Made by a program: the position numbers and the translations under genes. A DNA stretch of 32,000 bases. Source: Candidatus Helarchaeota ASGARD archaeon Hel_GB_B (GTDB lineage: Archaea > Asgardarchaeota > Lokiarchaeia > Helarchaeales > HEL-GB-B). The stretch covers positions 1 through 32,000 of the forward strand of contig SUPR01000032.1 of the NCBI GenBank assembly GCA_005191425.1, given 5' to 3'. Below the pieces are notes generated by a model. The model had not been told where the DNA came from and ran no database searches. It saw only the letters and a program-made list of their open reading frames with translations. Positions 8,678-18,534 of this stretch are shown one piece after another (the stretch's first letter is position 1; every line of letters starts with the position of its first letter).

Positions 8678-9262
8678 TTATAATTCTACATTATCTGGGA
8701 CTATATATCCAAATTTTTTGATAGATATTATCCAATACCAATAATATTTTAATAAATCTAATTCTAAGCGCTTTATTTGATACTCTGAATAAGTTGATCT
8801 CATTAAATCTATTCTACCTTTTTGTTTACCAATTTTTACGATCCAACTTTCAGGTCTTCTTATATTTGATGTCATATTTATAGCTATACAAATTGGTAAC
8901 GAAATAACAAAACCAATAAGTCCAACTGCAAACATTATAAGTCCAATTATAGCTAAGAAAAATAATTCAAGTAATGATATGAATGAAATTCCAACCAATC
9001 CAATGCCTACTGCCCCAATAATTCCTAAGGGCATACTAATTTTTTTCACATAATGTTTATTTTCAAATATTGGTATTGTTTGATAATCACAAATTCTATC
9101 TTTTAATTTATAGTAAGCTTCAGCGCGAGCATTTCCTTCAGGTGTTGCTATTATTTCCTCAGTTTGCTTATCAAATAAATCTTTTACTAATTCAAAAGCT
9201 TCCTCTAGGTTATTATTTTTAATCAAATTTTCTAATTCATCTAATTCATTATTAACGACCAT
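8678..9262 (-). CDS. Hypothetical membrane protein with two TM helices
   Basis: 194-aa ORF with GGTG SD, acidic helical N-terminus and a central hydrophobic hairpin; no family recognised. Confidence 0.7.
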   Translation of the reverse strand: MVVNNELDELENLIKNNNLEEAFELVKDLFDKQTEEIIATPEGNARAEAYYKLKDRICDYQTIPIFENKHYVKKISMPLGIIGAVGIGLVGISFISLLELFFLAIIGLIMFAVGLIGFVISLPICIAINMTSNIRRPESWIVKIGKQKGRIDLMRSTYSEYQIKRLELDLLKYYWYWIISIKKFGYIVPDNVEL

Positions 9263-9397
9263 ATTTTCAACACCAATATTAATAGTCTTATAATACCATT
9301 AAACATATAATATATGGTTCTTGAGAATTTAATAATTAGCTTGTAATGAAATTTTAATTGATAATAAAAAAAAGGTAATATTTAGCCTCTAAATTGA

Positions 9398-10339
9398 CTA
9401 TTTTATAGGGAGTGTTTTTAATGGAAGTATTTTATGGTAAATATTTATTTCTATATCAGTTGTCCCTACTTGTTCACCATCTAAATCCAAAAATATAGGT
9501 TTTTCTGATTCTGCTTTTATTTTTTTACATCGGGGATGGGCTTTTACTTCTGGTAACTCAAGGTGTTTGCCACTATACATTTTTGATATATTTTTTAAAA
9601 GTTTCCATCTTCCCATATCTTGAGCTGTAATTATATCTAATAACCCATCATCATTTATTGCATCTGGAGCTACTTTCATTCCTCCGCCAAAATATTTTCC
9701 ATTTGCAAAAATTGCCAAATTTAAATTACATTCATATTTCTCACCTGTATCCTCAAAAATTAATGTAGTTTTCACCATTTTATGGTGTAATATCCCTCTA
9801 ATAGACCCTATGTAAAATGATATTTTACCCCCAAAAATTTTAGTAGTTCTATTCACTCTATCGACAACATCGCCACCGAGACCAATATCAGCTATATTTA
9901 GGAAATAACGGGATTTAATATCTCCTTCAAAACTTCTGAATTTAGCAATTCCAATATCTATTTTTTTAATTGAACCTTTTTGTAGAATCTCGATAGATTC
10001 TTCAAAATCTTTAGAATGCCCCAGAGTTTTAATAGTATCTGAGCCAGTTCCACTCGAAATAAGTCCAAAAACGCAATTTGGGTCAACCAATTTATCATTT
10101 TCAAAAAATCCATTAATGACTTCATTGAAAGTGCCATCACCTCCCACTGCAACAATAAATTTATTACCTTTTTTAATTAAATCTCTTACAATTTCTGTTG
10201 CATGATTTGGATATTCCGTAAATTTAAAATTATATTCAATATTTTTAGATTCGATTAGTGGTCTAATTATTTTTTCCCATCGTTTTTTTGTTCTTCCATT
10301 TCCAGATTTTGGATTAATTATAAAATACATTTTCATCAT
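9398..10339 (-). CDS. Diacylglycerol/sphingosine kinase (YegS/DgkB/BmrU) family lipid kinase
   Basis: INPKSGNG, VAVGGDGTFNEVING, SGTGSD, ANGKYFGGGM, DDGLLD, LDGE. Confidence 0.92.
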   Translation of the reverse strand: MMKMYFIINPKSGNGRTKKRWEKIIRPLIESKNIEYNFKFTEYPNHATEIVRDLIKKGNKFIVAVGGDGTFNEVINGFFENDKLVDPNCVFGLISSGTGSDTIKTLGHSKDFEESIEILQKGSIKKIDIGIAKFRSFEGDIKSRYFLNIADIGLGGDVVDRVNRTTKIFGGKISFYIGSIRGILHHKMVKTTLIFEDTGEKYECNLNLAIFANGKYFGGGMKVAPDAINDDGLLDIITAQDMGRWKLLKNISKMYSGKHLELPEVKAHPRCKKIKAESEKPIFLDLDGEQVGTTDIEINIYHKILPLKTLPIK

Positions 10340-10460
10340 TACTTTTTTTCTATCTAATTATTTAAATGATTTAAGGATAAAAATCAATTAATTTATGATT
10401 ATAAAAAAATAAAAAAATTCAAAATAATAATAATGGTCATGAATTAAAGTTGGTCTTTTT

Positions 10461-10910
10461 ATGCGAGAAATAAAATCAGCCGGTATGATAATTTTCCGGA
10501 GAGATATTAATGATAAAAAATTAATTTGGTATTTATTATTGCAAGATTCACATAATCATTGGGGGTTTCCCAAGGGGATTATAGAAAAAGGAGAAACTAT
10601 AATTGAGACTGCATCTCGAGAAGTTAAAGAAGAAGCAGGGCTTGACGATATTAAAGTTATTGATCATTTTTTAGAGACTATTGAATATTATTATTACAGT
10701 AATAAAGGGAAAATACATAAAACTGTTACTTTTTTTCTTGGAGAAACCAAATCTGAAGAGATTAAAATTTCTTATGAACATATTGGATTTAAATGGGTAA
10801 ATTATATTGAAGCGCTAAATTTATTAAGTTTTGAAAATGCCAGATTAATTTTAAAAAAAGCTCATAAAAAAATAAATAGCATGATTGATCATTTTTTTAA
10901 TAGGTTATAG
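10461..10910 (+). CDS. Nudix hydrolase, bis(5'-nucleosyl)-tetraphosphatase (Ap4A hydrolase)-like
   Basis: SAGMIIFR, HWGFPKG, Nudix box GIIEKGETIIETASREVKEEAGL, ISYEH..FKW. Confidence 0.9.
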   Translation: MREIKSAGMIIFRRDINDKKLIWYLLLQDSHNHWGFPKGIIEKGETIIETASREVKEEAGLDDIKVIDHFLETIEYYYYSNKGKIHKTVTFFLGETKSEEIKISYEHIGFKWVNYIEALNLLSFENARLILKKAHKKINSMIDHFFNRL

Positions 10911-12065
10911 TCTTTCGATTTCTATAAGGTTATATTTTAAATTTTCAGGGTTATCTTTTTTCAATTGGTCTATAATGTATCTAAAATCTGCTCCTGTACT
11001 ATCGGAGAAAATTTGGGACAGGACGTCTCCAGATTTTTGGGTGGCTACCGAGTCTGGTAAACGTGGGGCTTTATTAATCAAATCAAAAGAGGCGACATCA
11101 ATTGCATATATATTTTTTGATGCAAGTATACCTATATCTTGGACTACATTATGGTCATTGTATGGTACACAATCACAAATTGGTGAAATATCTATTAAAA
11201 AATTTATAAAACCGAAATTTTCTGGACCTTTGGCACGTAATACTGCATTTGCACAGTCTAGGATCCTAATATTTGTATCTTTTGCATTACACCATTCGAC
11301 TTTAATTGCTTTATTAGGACAAGCCCCTATACACCCATAACACCGGGAACATAAATCATTGATTATAATTTTATTATTAATGTCAATAGCATTTTCTGGA
11401 CAAATTTGGGTGCATTTTCCGCATTGATTACATTCATTTGCAATTATTTCAGGAATTTCATTATAAAAATGTAAATTAAATTTAGACCTTTTACCGACAC
11501 ATCCTACTCCTATATTCTTAATTGCTGCCCCCATCCCAGCTCTAGGGTGCCCTTTAACATGAGCTAATGAAATAATTTTATCTGCGTCCATTATAGCTTT
11601 GCCGACATATACTTCTTTTAGTTGAACTCCTTCCTCATTTTTAACCTTTACATAATCTTTACCTTTTATACCATCTAGAGGGATCAGAGGTGCGCAACAA
11701 GTTTCCCATGTATAACCATTTTCTCTGGCAATTTTTAGGCGCCCCAAGCCAAAAGTTCGGTCATAAAAAAGTCCAAGTCCTGATGACTCAGTTATAAAAG
11801 GAATCCCACCTCTAGATTCAATTTCCAATGCAAGTTTTCTGACATATATACTCCTAATTGTTTTCATTGTGCCATGATCCCCCCAATGCATTTTGATTGC
11901 GACTATATCACCTTTTTCAATTATGTCCAATACTTTACTTTTTTTGATTAACATTGACAATTTATTAACTAAGCTAAGTTCCGAATTAAAAAAGCTAATT
12001 TTACCTGCATTTACATCTTTTACATTAATGATTGCTCTAGAATTTACAAAATATACATTATTCAT
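10905..12065 (-). CDS. DUF362-family protein with an inserted 2x[4Fe-4S] ferredoxin domain
   Basis: VAIKMHWG, LAHVKGH, GAAIKNIGVGC, CNQCGKCTQICP and CSRCYGCIGACP, ISPICDC. Confidence 0.9.
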   Translation of the reverse strand: MNNVYFVNSRAIINVKDVNAGKISFFNSELSLVNKLSMLIKKSKVLDIIEKGDIVAIKMHWGDHGTMKTIRSIYVRKLALEIESRGGIPFITESSGLGLFYDRTFGLGRLKIARENGYTWETCCAPLIPLDGIKGKDYVKVKNEEGVQLKEVYVGKAIMDADKIISLAHVKGHPRAGMGAAIKNIGVGCVGKRSKFNLHFYNEIPEIIANECNQCGKCTQICPENAIDINNKIIINDLCSRCYGCIGACPNKAIKVEWCNAKDTNIRILDCANAVLRAKGPENFGFINFLIDISPICDCVPYNDHNVVQDIGILASKNIYAIDVASFDLINKAPRLPDSVATQKSGDVLSQIFSDSTGADFRYIIDQLKKDNPENLKYNLIEIERL

Positions 12066-12085
12066 TTTTTAACCTCTTATATTTT

Positions 12086-13513
12086 TTAAATCTTCTTTTG
12101 TAAAAGGTCTATCTTTTGATAAACTTTTTCAGCAAAATCAAAAAATCCTAATTCATTTTGGACGGCAGCTAATTTCTCAAGTATTAATGTAGCATTTTTA
12201 TAATCTTTTTTAGATTCATAAATTTTAGCTAATTCTTTATATACATTAGAGAGAAGTTCCAAATCATTAATTTTTTCACCGAATTTTATACATTTTTCAA
12301 AATTTTTAATGGCATTATAAAAATCCTCCTCAGACTCATAAGTTAATGCATCGCCTAAATATGATATGACTTTATTAAATTCATCCTTTTCTTTCTCAAA
12401 AATTTCAATTGATTTTGAATAATATTCATGTGCTAAATTAAACTTTTTCCACAGTCTGTATAATTTTCCTATATTTTGATAGACATTTCCAAGTAATGAT
12501 AAATTCATAATTTCATCAGAAATTAACAGTGCATCATTAAAATTCTTCGATGCTTTTTCAAAATCCCCAATTTCAATTAAAACTTGTCCTCTCAATAGAA
12601 ATGTCTGTAATTTGATTACGTGGTCTTCTACATAAGGAATTAGAGATTCAGCAAAATTAAGATATTTTAATGCGAGATTATAATTTTTTAAAGTAAAATA
12701 TGCAGTTGCAAATAAGTTATATGCTAACAATTGGCCTCTAGAATCTCCCAACTCTTTATATAATTTTATAACATCTTCTAAGTATTTTATAGCATCCTCC
12801 GACTCTTTAAATTCAATTTTTAATTGAGCTATTATTATTTCTGTTTTTGATATAGATTCAGGATCATTAAATTGTTCTTTTTGAAGTTGTAAATCTTCCT
12901 CTAAATATTGCAGAGCGATTTTTTTCCTATTTAATTTCTTTAAATAAATATCTGACATCCTAATTAGCATCCTATGTAATGCCTCGTACTCTTTGACTTT
13001 ACGAGCTGCTTGAATACCCTTTTCAAAATTAATAATAGCTTTTTCATAATCTCCTTTTGCTATTGCATCATTTCCCATAATTTCTGAATCATATAATATT
13101 TTTGAATATTTCAGGACAATATCATCAAAAGTTGTTTTTATTGTATTATATTTTTCATAGTCTTCAAATTCTTGGGCTAATTTTAATGCGTCTTTTAATA
13201 ATTGTATTGTTTTTACATAGTCCGACTTTTTTTGAAATATTAGTGCTTTATTATACATATTTTTTATTCTATATTCTATATTGTCCAATTTTTCTGCCAG
13301 TTCTAATGAAAGGTCATAATTTTTTAATGCATCGTCTAATTTGGACTGAAAATAATTGCATTTACCTAATTCAGCATATATTTTTAATAACCACTGGGTA
13401 TTATTATTAGCTATTGCGATTTCCAGTCCTTTTTTAAATAAATTTTCAGCTCCTGCAAAATCTTGTAATTTAAATTTAGAAATACCATCTTCATATATTT
13501 CTTTAATATTCAA
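12086..13513 (-). CDS. Tetratricopeptide-repeat protein
   Basis: Repeated LG..Y...G....A...Y..AL-like units of about 40 aa across the whole 475 aa. Confidence 0.88.
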   Translation of the reverse strand: MNIKEIYEDGISKFKLQDFAGAENLFKKGLEIAIANNNTQWLLKIYAELGKCNYFQSKLDDALKNYDLSLELAEKLDNIEYRIKNMYNKALIFQKKSDYVKTIQLLKDALKLAQEFEDYEKYNTIKTTFDDIVLKYSKILYDSEIMGNDAIAKGDYEKAIINFEKGIQAARKVKEYEALHRMLIRMSDIYLKKLNRKKIALQYLEEDLQLQKEQFNDPESISKTEIIIAQLKIEFKESEDAIKYLEDVIKLYKELGDSRGQLLAYNLFATAYFTLKNYNLALKYLNFAESLIPYVEDHVIKLQTFLLRGQVLIEIGDFEKASKNFNDALLISDEIMNLSLLGNVYQNIGKLYRLWKKFNLAHEYYSKSIEIFEKEKDEFNKVISYLGDALTYESEEDFYNAIKNFEKCIKFGEKINDLELLSNVYKELAKIYESKKDYKNATLILEKLAAVQNELGFFDFAEKVYQKIDLLQKKI

Positions 13514-13657
13514 ATATTATCACTTTCTTTTTTAGTTAATTTAAGCGGGAATTTCTTATTTTAGACTATGATACTTCTTTTGATTATTAAAACAATGGGT
13601 AGAATTTGTATTTTGTCCAGATAAATTTAGTAATTAAAATAAAAATTTTAATAATTA

Positions 13658-15235
13658 TTAAATATGTTTATTTAATCGTTTATACATCTTCTTATTCTTA
13701 TTGTATATTTCAAGAAACTCTCTAAATAAGTCGCTATAAATTTTTCTATTTTCTTTTTTTGGCTTAAAAATTTTGGAATATTTAATATATTTTGGGATAT
13801 CATTAAAAGTTATATATCCTAAAGCTACAGAAGCTATAAATGCAGCTCCCCGTGCATTGGCTTGGATTGGGTCTTTAACCTGCCGAATTGTCCTGTTTAA
13901 AACATCTGCATATATTTGGCACCAAATATCTGAACTTGCACCGCCGCCAATAATATTAATTGGCTCCATTTTTCTATTAAAAATAAATTTTTCTGCAAAT
14001 TTTAATATCCACCGGGTATTAAATGCCACTCCTTCGAAGACCGCTCTAATTAGTTCAGCTCTTGATGTCTTAAGTGATATATTAAACAGTCCACCGCGTA
14101 CTGTATGGTCTTCAATAGGAGTCCTTTCTCCGTACAGCCAAGGAGTAAAAATTAGTTTATTACTTCCAGCTGGTACAGTTTCCACTATTTTATCAAAAAT
14201 TTTGTAAACATCTGGTAATTTTTCTTCTTTTAATAATTCATCTTTATGGTATAGTAAATTATCTCGTAAAAAAGATAAACAACCTCCAGCAGTTTCCTGT
14301 TCAGTCGCAAGAAAATATTTATCCGGAATAGCTGATGGTAGTGATGCCATATTATGACTTATATCCGTCTTCTTGAAAGGGACATGACAAACGATCCATG
14401 AAGATGTCCCAATATAAATATGTGATTCATAATCTCTAACTGCACCTGAACCTATTGCTGCAGCTGGAAGGTCTGGAGCTCCCATTATAACTTTAACATT
14501 TTTCTCTAACCCTAACTCGTCTGCAACACTCTTAGATATATTTCCTAATACATCTATCGACCTTTTTAATTCAGGTAATTTTTCTTTTTTAATTCCAAAA
14601 AATTTTAACAATCCATCATGATAATGGACATTATTCAAATTTCGATTGTCTGTTACCCAATGTAATACGATTGAATTATACGATGCAGCGAATTTTCCTG
14701 TAAATTTTAAATTTAAAAAGTCAATACATTCAAGAAATTTGTATGTTTTCTCATAAATTTCAGGAAATTCTTCCTTTATATATAATATGTGTGCAATTGG
14801 GTCTTTACCTGATTTTGCAGGCCCACCTCCTGTGAGTTTAAGAAATTTTAATCCTTTAAAAAGACCATATCCATCAATATTCAAAACTCGACCTTTCAAT
14901 AACTTTCTGATTAAAGGTTGTCCCCTCGAGTCTAGCCAGATCATTGCCCTCATTAAGTGATTACCGTCTTTATCTACTGCAACGGTACCTGACCATTGAC
15001 TTGAGCAGCTGATCGCCACAATATCTTCGACAGGCACTAAATTTTTATCGAGCAATTTTTTAGATGTCGAAAGAATAGCTTTCCACCATTCATCTGGATC
15101 TTGCTCAGCACCACCATTTGGTAATAAATATAAGGGTGTTTCTTTAAATTCAAAATCTATTACTTCTCCATAAATTGAAACTAAAGCTGCCTTTGAACCA
15201 CTTGTCCCATGGTCATGTGCTAGTATATATTTCAT
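13658..15235 (-). CDS. FGGY-family carbohydrate kinase (xylulokinase-like)
   Basis: DHGTSGSKA, QWSG, WLDSR, PWLYGERTP, RAVFEGVAF, GGGASSDIWCQIYAD. Confidence 0.92.
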   Translation of the reverse strand: MKYILAHDHGTSGSKAALVSIYGEVIDFEFKETPLYLLPNGGAEQDPDEWWKAILSTSKKLLDKNLVPVEDIVAISCSSQWSGTVAVDKDGNHLMRAMIWLDSRGQPLIRKLLKGRVLNIDGYGLFKGLKFLKLTGGGPAKSGKDPIAHILYIKEEFPEIYEKTYKFLECIDFLNLKFTGKFAASYNSIVLHWVTDNRNLNNVHYHDGLLKFFGIKKEKLPELKRSIDVLGNISKSVADELGLEKNVKVIMGAPDLPAAAIGSGAVRDYESHIYIGTSSWIVCHVPFKKTDISHNMASLPSAIPDKYFLATEQETAGGCLSFLRDNLLYHKDELLKEEKLPDVYKIFDKIVETVPAGSNKLIFTPWLYGERTPIEDHTVRGGLFNISLKTSRAELIRAVFEGVAFNTRWILKFAEKFIFNRKMEPINIIGGGASSDIWCQIYADVLNRTIRQVKDPIQANARGAAFIASVALGYITFNDIPKYIKYSKIFKPKKENRKIYSDLFREFLEIYNKNKKMYKRLNKHI

Positions 15236-15319
15236 TTTTCAAGCCGGTCTGAATTATTGTAAATATCTTTTAAATCATAAATGAATTAAAAAATAAAATG
15301 GTAATAAAAAATTTCTAAA

Positions 15320-16732
15320 TTAACTAAACCATTTTAAGACTGTTTCGTATGCTTTTAAAGTTTCATCTATGACATCATCTGTATGCGCAATACATGTATA
15401 TCCCCTTGACCCTGCTAATATATGAACTCCTTGCGTCACTAATGCAGCTCCAAATTCGTCCATAACTTTTTTTCGTTCATTTAATTGGTTCAAAAAGTCA
15501 TTGTCAGTCATTTTCAAGGCAAGAGGTGCCCCAGTTTCTATATGTAAGATTGATTTATAGTTCCAAGCGACAAATGGTAATTCAAATTTTTCAAATAATT
15601 CATTTATTCCTTTTGTAATTTTATCACCCGCTCGTCCTGCTACTTCTACTGCATTTGTACGGGCAATCTCTTTAATTGCATAATAGGCTGCCATTGCAGT
15701 TATTGGATTAGCTGCTAATGTCCCTCCTGTATATGCTTTCTTTTTAATTCCTTCAATTCCTCCAGCTAAAACATCCATTATTTCTGATTTTCCTCCTACT
15801 CCACCACAACTCGGATATCCGTGACCTATAATTTTCCCAAAAGTTGTAAGATCTGGTCTGACTCCAAAATATTCTGCTGCACCACCCATTGATAATCTAA
15901 AACCTGTAACTACTTCATCAAAAATTAAAAGCGAATTATATTCATCACATATTTCTCTTAAAAATTTGTTCCAACCTGGTTTTACTGGGTGTGTCCCAGA
16001 TTCTCCACCCAATGGCTCGACAATAACTGCAGCAACTCCACCACCTTTTTCCTCTGCTTTTTGGAATATCCGCCTCATTTTTTTCTCATTATTTGGTGGC
16101 GCTTCAATAACATGTTTTTGATAATCTTTTGGAATCCCATGAGCCTCTAAAGATTTGGTACCTGGTATATGCATTCCGTATACCATTTCAGACGACCATC
16201 CATGATATGAACCACCAATTTTAATAATTTTAAGTTTCTCTGTATAGGTACGAGCGACTCTTATAGCAGACATTACAGCTTCGGTTCCAGATTGATGAAA
16301 TCTAAATTTTTCTATCCATGGCATGTGTTTTTGGATTTCTTTTATTGTTTTTACTTCCCACTCTGAAGTAACTCCATGTGCTGGGCCCTTCTCTCGAATT
16401 AGTTCTATAATTGCATCTCGTATTACAGGATAATTATGTCCCAATATTATTGGAGCTCCCATCATTAAATAATCAATATATTTATTATTATCAATATCCC
16501 ATAAATAACATCCTTCAGTTTTGTCCATTGTTATTGGAAAAGGCCATCTTAAACTTAAATTATGTTCTAGGCCTCCTGGGATAACCTTTTTTGCTTCTTC
16601 AAACATAGCTTTTGATTTTTTCCTTTTATTATCATAATCTTTTTCTATTTTAGAGATATATTCTGGGGCGATCCTTCTTATTGGTGATTCTATAATTCCT
16701 CTTAGTCTCTTTATTATTTCTTCATATTCCAT
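15320..16732 (-). CDS. Class III PLP aminotransferase (GSA-aminomutase-like fold, probably not HemL)
   Basis: WDIDNNKYIDY, SGTEAVMSAIRVAR, GSYHG, FDEVVTGFR, PLP lysine in TTFGKIIG, GTLAANP. PGGLEHNL replaces the HemL PGGVNSPVR motif. Confidence 0.9.
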   Translation of the reverse strand: MEYEEIIKRLRGIIESPIRRIAPEYISKIEKDYDNKRKKSKAMFEEAKKVIPGGLEHNLSLRWPFPITMDKTEGCYLWDIDNNKYIDYLMMGAPIILGHNYPVIRDAIIELIREKGPAHGVTSEWEVKTIKEIQKHMPWIEKFRFHQSGTEAVMSAIRVARTYTEKLKIIKIGGSYHGWSSEMVYGMHIPGTKSLEAHGIPKDYQKHVIEAPPNNEKKMRRIFQKAEEKGGGVAAVIVEPLGGESGTHPVKPGWNKFLREICDEYNSLLIFDEVVTGFRLSMGGAAEYFGVRPDLTTFGKIIGHGYPSCGGVGGKSEIMDVLAGGIEGIKKKAYTGGTLAANPITAMAAYYAIKEIARTNAVEVAGRAGDKITKGINELFEKFELPFVAWNYKSILHIETGAPLALKMTDNDFLNQLNERKKVMDEFGAALVTQGVHILAGSRGYTCIAHTDDVIDETLKAYETVLKWFS

Positions 16733-16974
16733 TTCTAATCATCATCCTTAAAACTAAATGTTTTATTATTTAATTTTCTGTATATTTAGATTTGTGTTCA
16801 TTAAAATAAAAATTTACTAATAAGAAAAAAATATTTCTGTCGTTTTAAATTTTTACAGATGAATGGTAATTACCCTCAAATAAAATACAATAAATGTTAT
16901 TATTTAAAAAAATATAAGTTGAAAATTGGGATTTTCTAAATAATATATCAAATTAATACTTATTATTAGTCAAT

Positions 16975-17712
16975 TTATTTTTTTAGTTTTCTTGCTGGCA
17001 TTCCCATATATATTGAATAAGGTTCAAGTTTCTGGTCAATTTCAGTTAAAGAAGCTGCTCCTAAAGTTGTATGCTCTCCAATTTCCGTTCCTGGCATGAC
17101 AATAGCTTTAGCGCCGACAATTGCTCCATCATGAAGTTTCACTTTTTTCAAAATAAATAAATCGCCGTCTATATAATGAGAAAGTACAATGCTCCCAAGT
17201 CCTATCATACAATTATTTCCTGTTTCAATAAATTCTGTATCGATCCATCCGTCATACATAACGCTTGACATACCACACTTATTAAATTTGGATCCTGATA
17301 AGAAGTTATAAACGACAAAATCTAGCCAGGGAAACGCAGAATATCGCATAAAAGTAAAAGGTAAGGACCTAATAAATGTCCGTAAGTTCCAATAGAAATA
17401 ATCTTTAGTTTCATTAATTTTAAAGACGCCTTCTCTTGGAGGGTAAATTTTACACACAATTACTAAAAATATTTTTGCAATCCAAGCTGTCAAAAGAATA
17501 AACATCCAATAGATTTCAAGAATATACAATGGAAGTAAAAACCATGACCACCAATATATCACTAGGTTTAAATAACATATATATCCCCAAAAAACTGTTG
17601 GGATCGCGGCTAACCATATTTCTAAAATATAGATTATAATATATTTGCTATAAAACAAATTATTAGTAGTAATTGGGCCTAAATTAACACTAGGTGGCTT
17701 TGCTGATGCCAT
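16975..17712 (-). CDS. Membrane-anchored left-handed beta-helix (hexapeptide) protein, Pls/PosA C-domain-like, paralog 2
   Basis: Two TM helices, PPREGVF...YFYWNLR, then hexapeptide repeats ending YMGMPARK. Confidence 0.8.
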   Translation of the reverse strand: MASAKPPSVNLGPITTNNLFYSKYIIIYILEIWLAAIPTVFWGYICYLNLVIYWWSWFLLPLYILEIYWMFILLTAWIAKIFLVIVCKIYPPREGVFKINETKDYFYWNLRTFIRSLPFTFMRYSAFPWLDFVVYNFLSGSKFNKCGMSSVMYDGWIDTEFIETGNNCMIGLGSIVLSHYIDGDLFILKKVKLHDGAIVGAKAIVMPGTEIGEHTTLGAASLTEIDQKLEPYSIYMGMPARKLKK

Positions 17713-18502
17713 TTTTTCTAATCATCTCCAATCTACTTCTTAATATTTTAGTACCTTTTACATCTCTTTTATAAAGAGAGTTATCAAAACCAGATTTATA
17801 AACAGTAGCAGCTTTTAATTTTTCTAATTTTGGAACACCTGCTCTAGAACGAATTATTGTATATTCTCCCAATTCTACACCTGGGGCTAATAGAACATCA
17901 TGTCCTAACTGCGAATTCTTACCCAATTTAATTTTTTTGATTGTAAGCCTGTTCATGCCATCCACTAAATGAGAAGATAGGACGCTTCCAATCCCTACAA
18001 TTGTATTATCTTCAAGATAAATAAATTCCAGCCCAATCCATGAATCATAGATCAATACATTTTTTCCGATACTATATAGTCCAAAAGTTTTTAACATCCA
18101 TGGAACCAAAAAATGAAATGGACTACGCAATATAAGCCATAATGGGAACTTTTTTACGAAGCCTCTAAGATGATAATGAAATACAAGTCTGCTATTAAAA
18201 TCTCTTTCCATATTTTCTCCCTCTCTTGGTTTAGAACGCCAGTGAGATAGTACCAATATAAATTTTGTTAAATAGACTACAAGTACAATATAAAGAAAAG
18301 TCAGCCCCAAAATCACTAACGGTAGAAAAATTAGTCCAATTTGCAAATTATAATTAAAAACCTTTAAATAAATTAATAATAGATAAAACACTGGATATAT
18401 CGGAGTTAATACAATAAAAAAATGTATCGGAATATATATTCCTAGGTTTAAATCACTTATTTTAAAATGTAGTTCTTCGTTATTTTTCGATTCTCCGGTC
18501 AT
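17690..18502 (-). CDS. Membrane-anchored left-handed beta-helix protein, Pls/PosA C-domain-like, paralog 1
   Basis: Two TM helices, KPREG...YHLRG, YDSWIGLEFI, LSSHLVDG, hexapeptide repeats. Overlaps the downstream paralog by 23 nt. Confidence 0.8.
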   Translation of the reverse strand: MTGESKNNEELHFKISDLNLGIYIPIHFFIVLTPIYPVFYLLLIYLKVFNYNLQIGLIFLPLVILGLTFLYIVLVVYLTKFILVLSHWRSKPREGENMERDFNSRLVFHYHLRGFVKKFPLWLILRSPFHFLVPWMLKTFGLYSIGKNVLIYDSWIGLEFIYLEDNTIVGIGSVLSSHLVDGMNRLTIKKIKLGKNSQLGHDVLLAPGVELGEYTIIRSRAGVPKLEKLKAATVYKSGFDNSLYKRDVKGTKILRSRLEMIRKNGISKAT

Positions 18503-18534
18503 AATTTCTCTGACTACTATATTGTGTAAAAATA

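Noticed and set aside
10885-11340. 151-aa plus-strand ORF
   Set aside because: Antisense shadow of the DUF362 gene.
13773-14207. 144-aa plus-strand ORF
   Set aside because: Antisense shadow of the FGGY kinase.
15320-16732. Annotation as hemL
   Set aside because: The substrate-site motif differs and no tetrapyrrole genes are adjacent.
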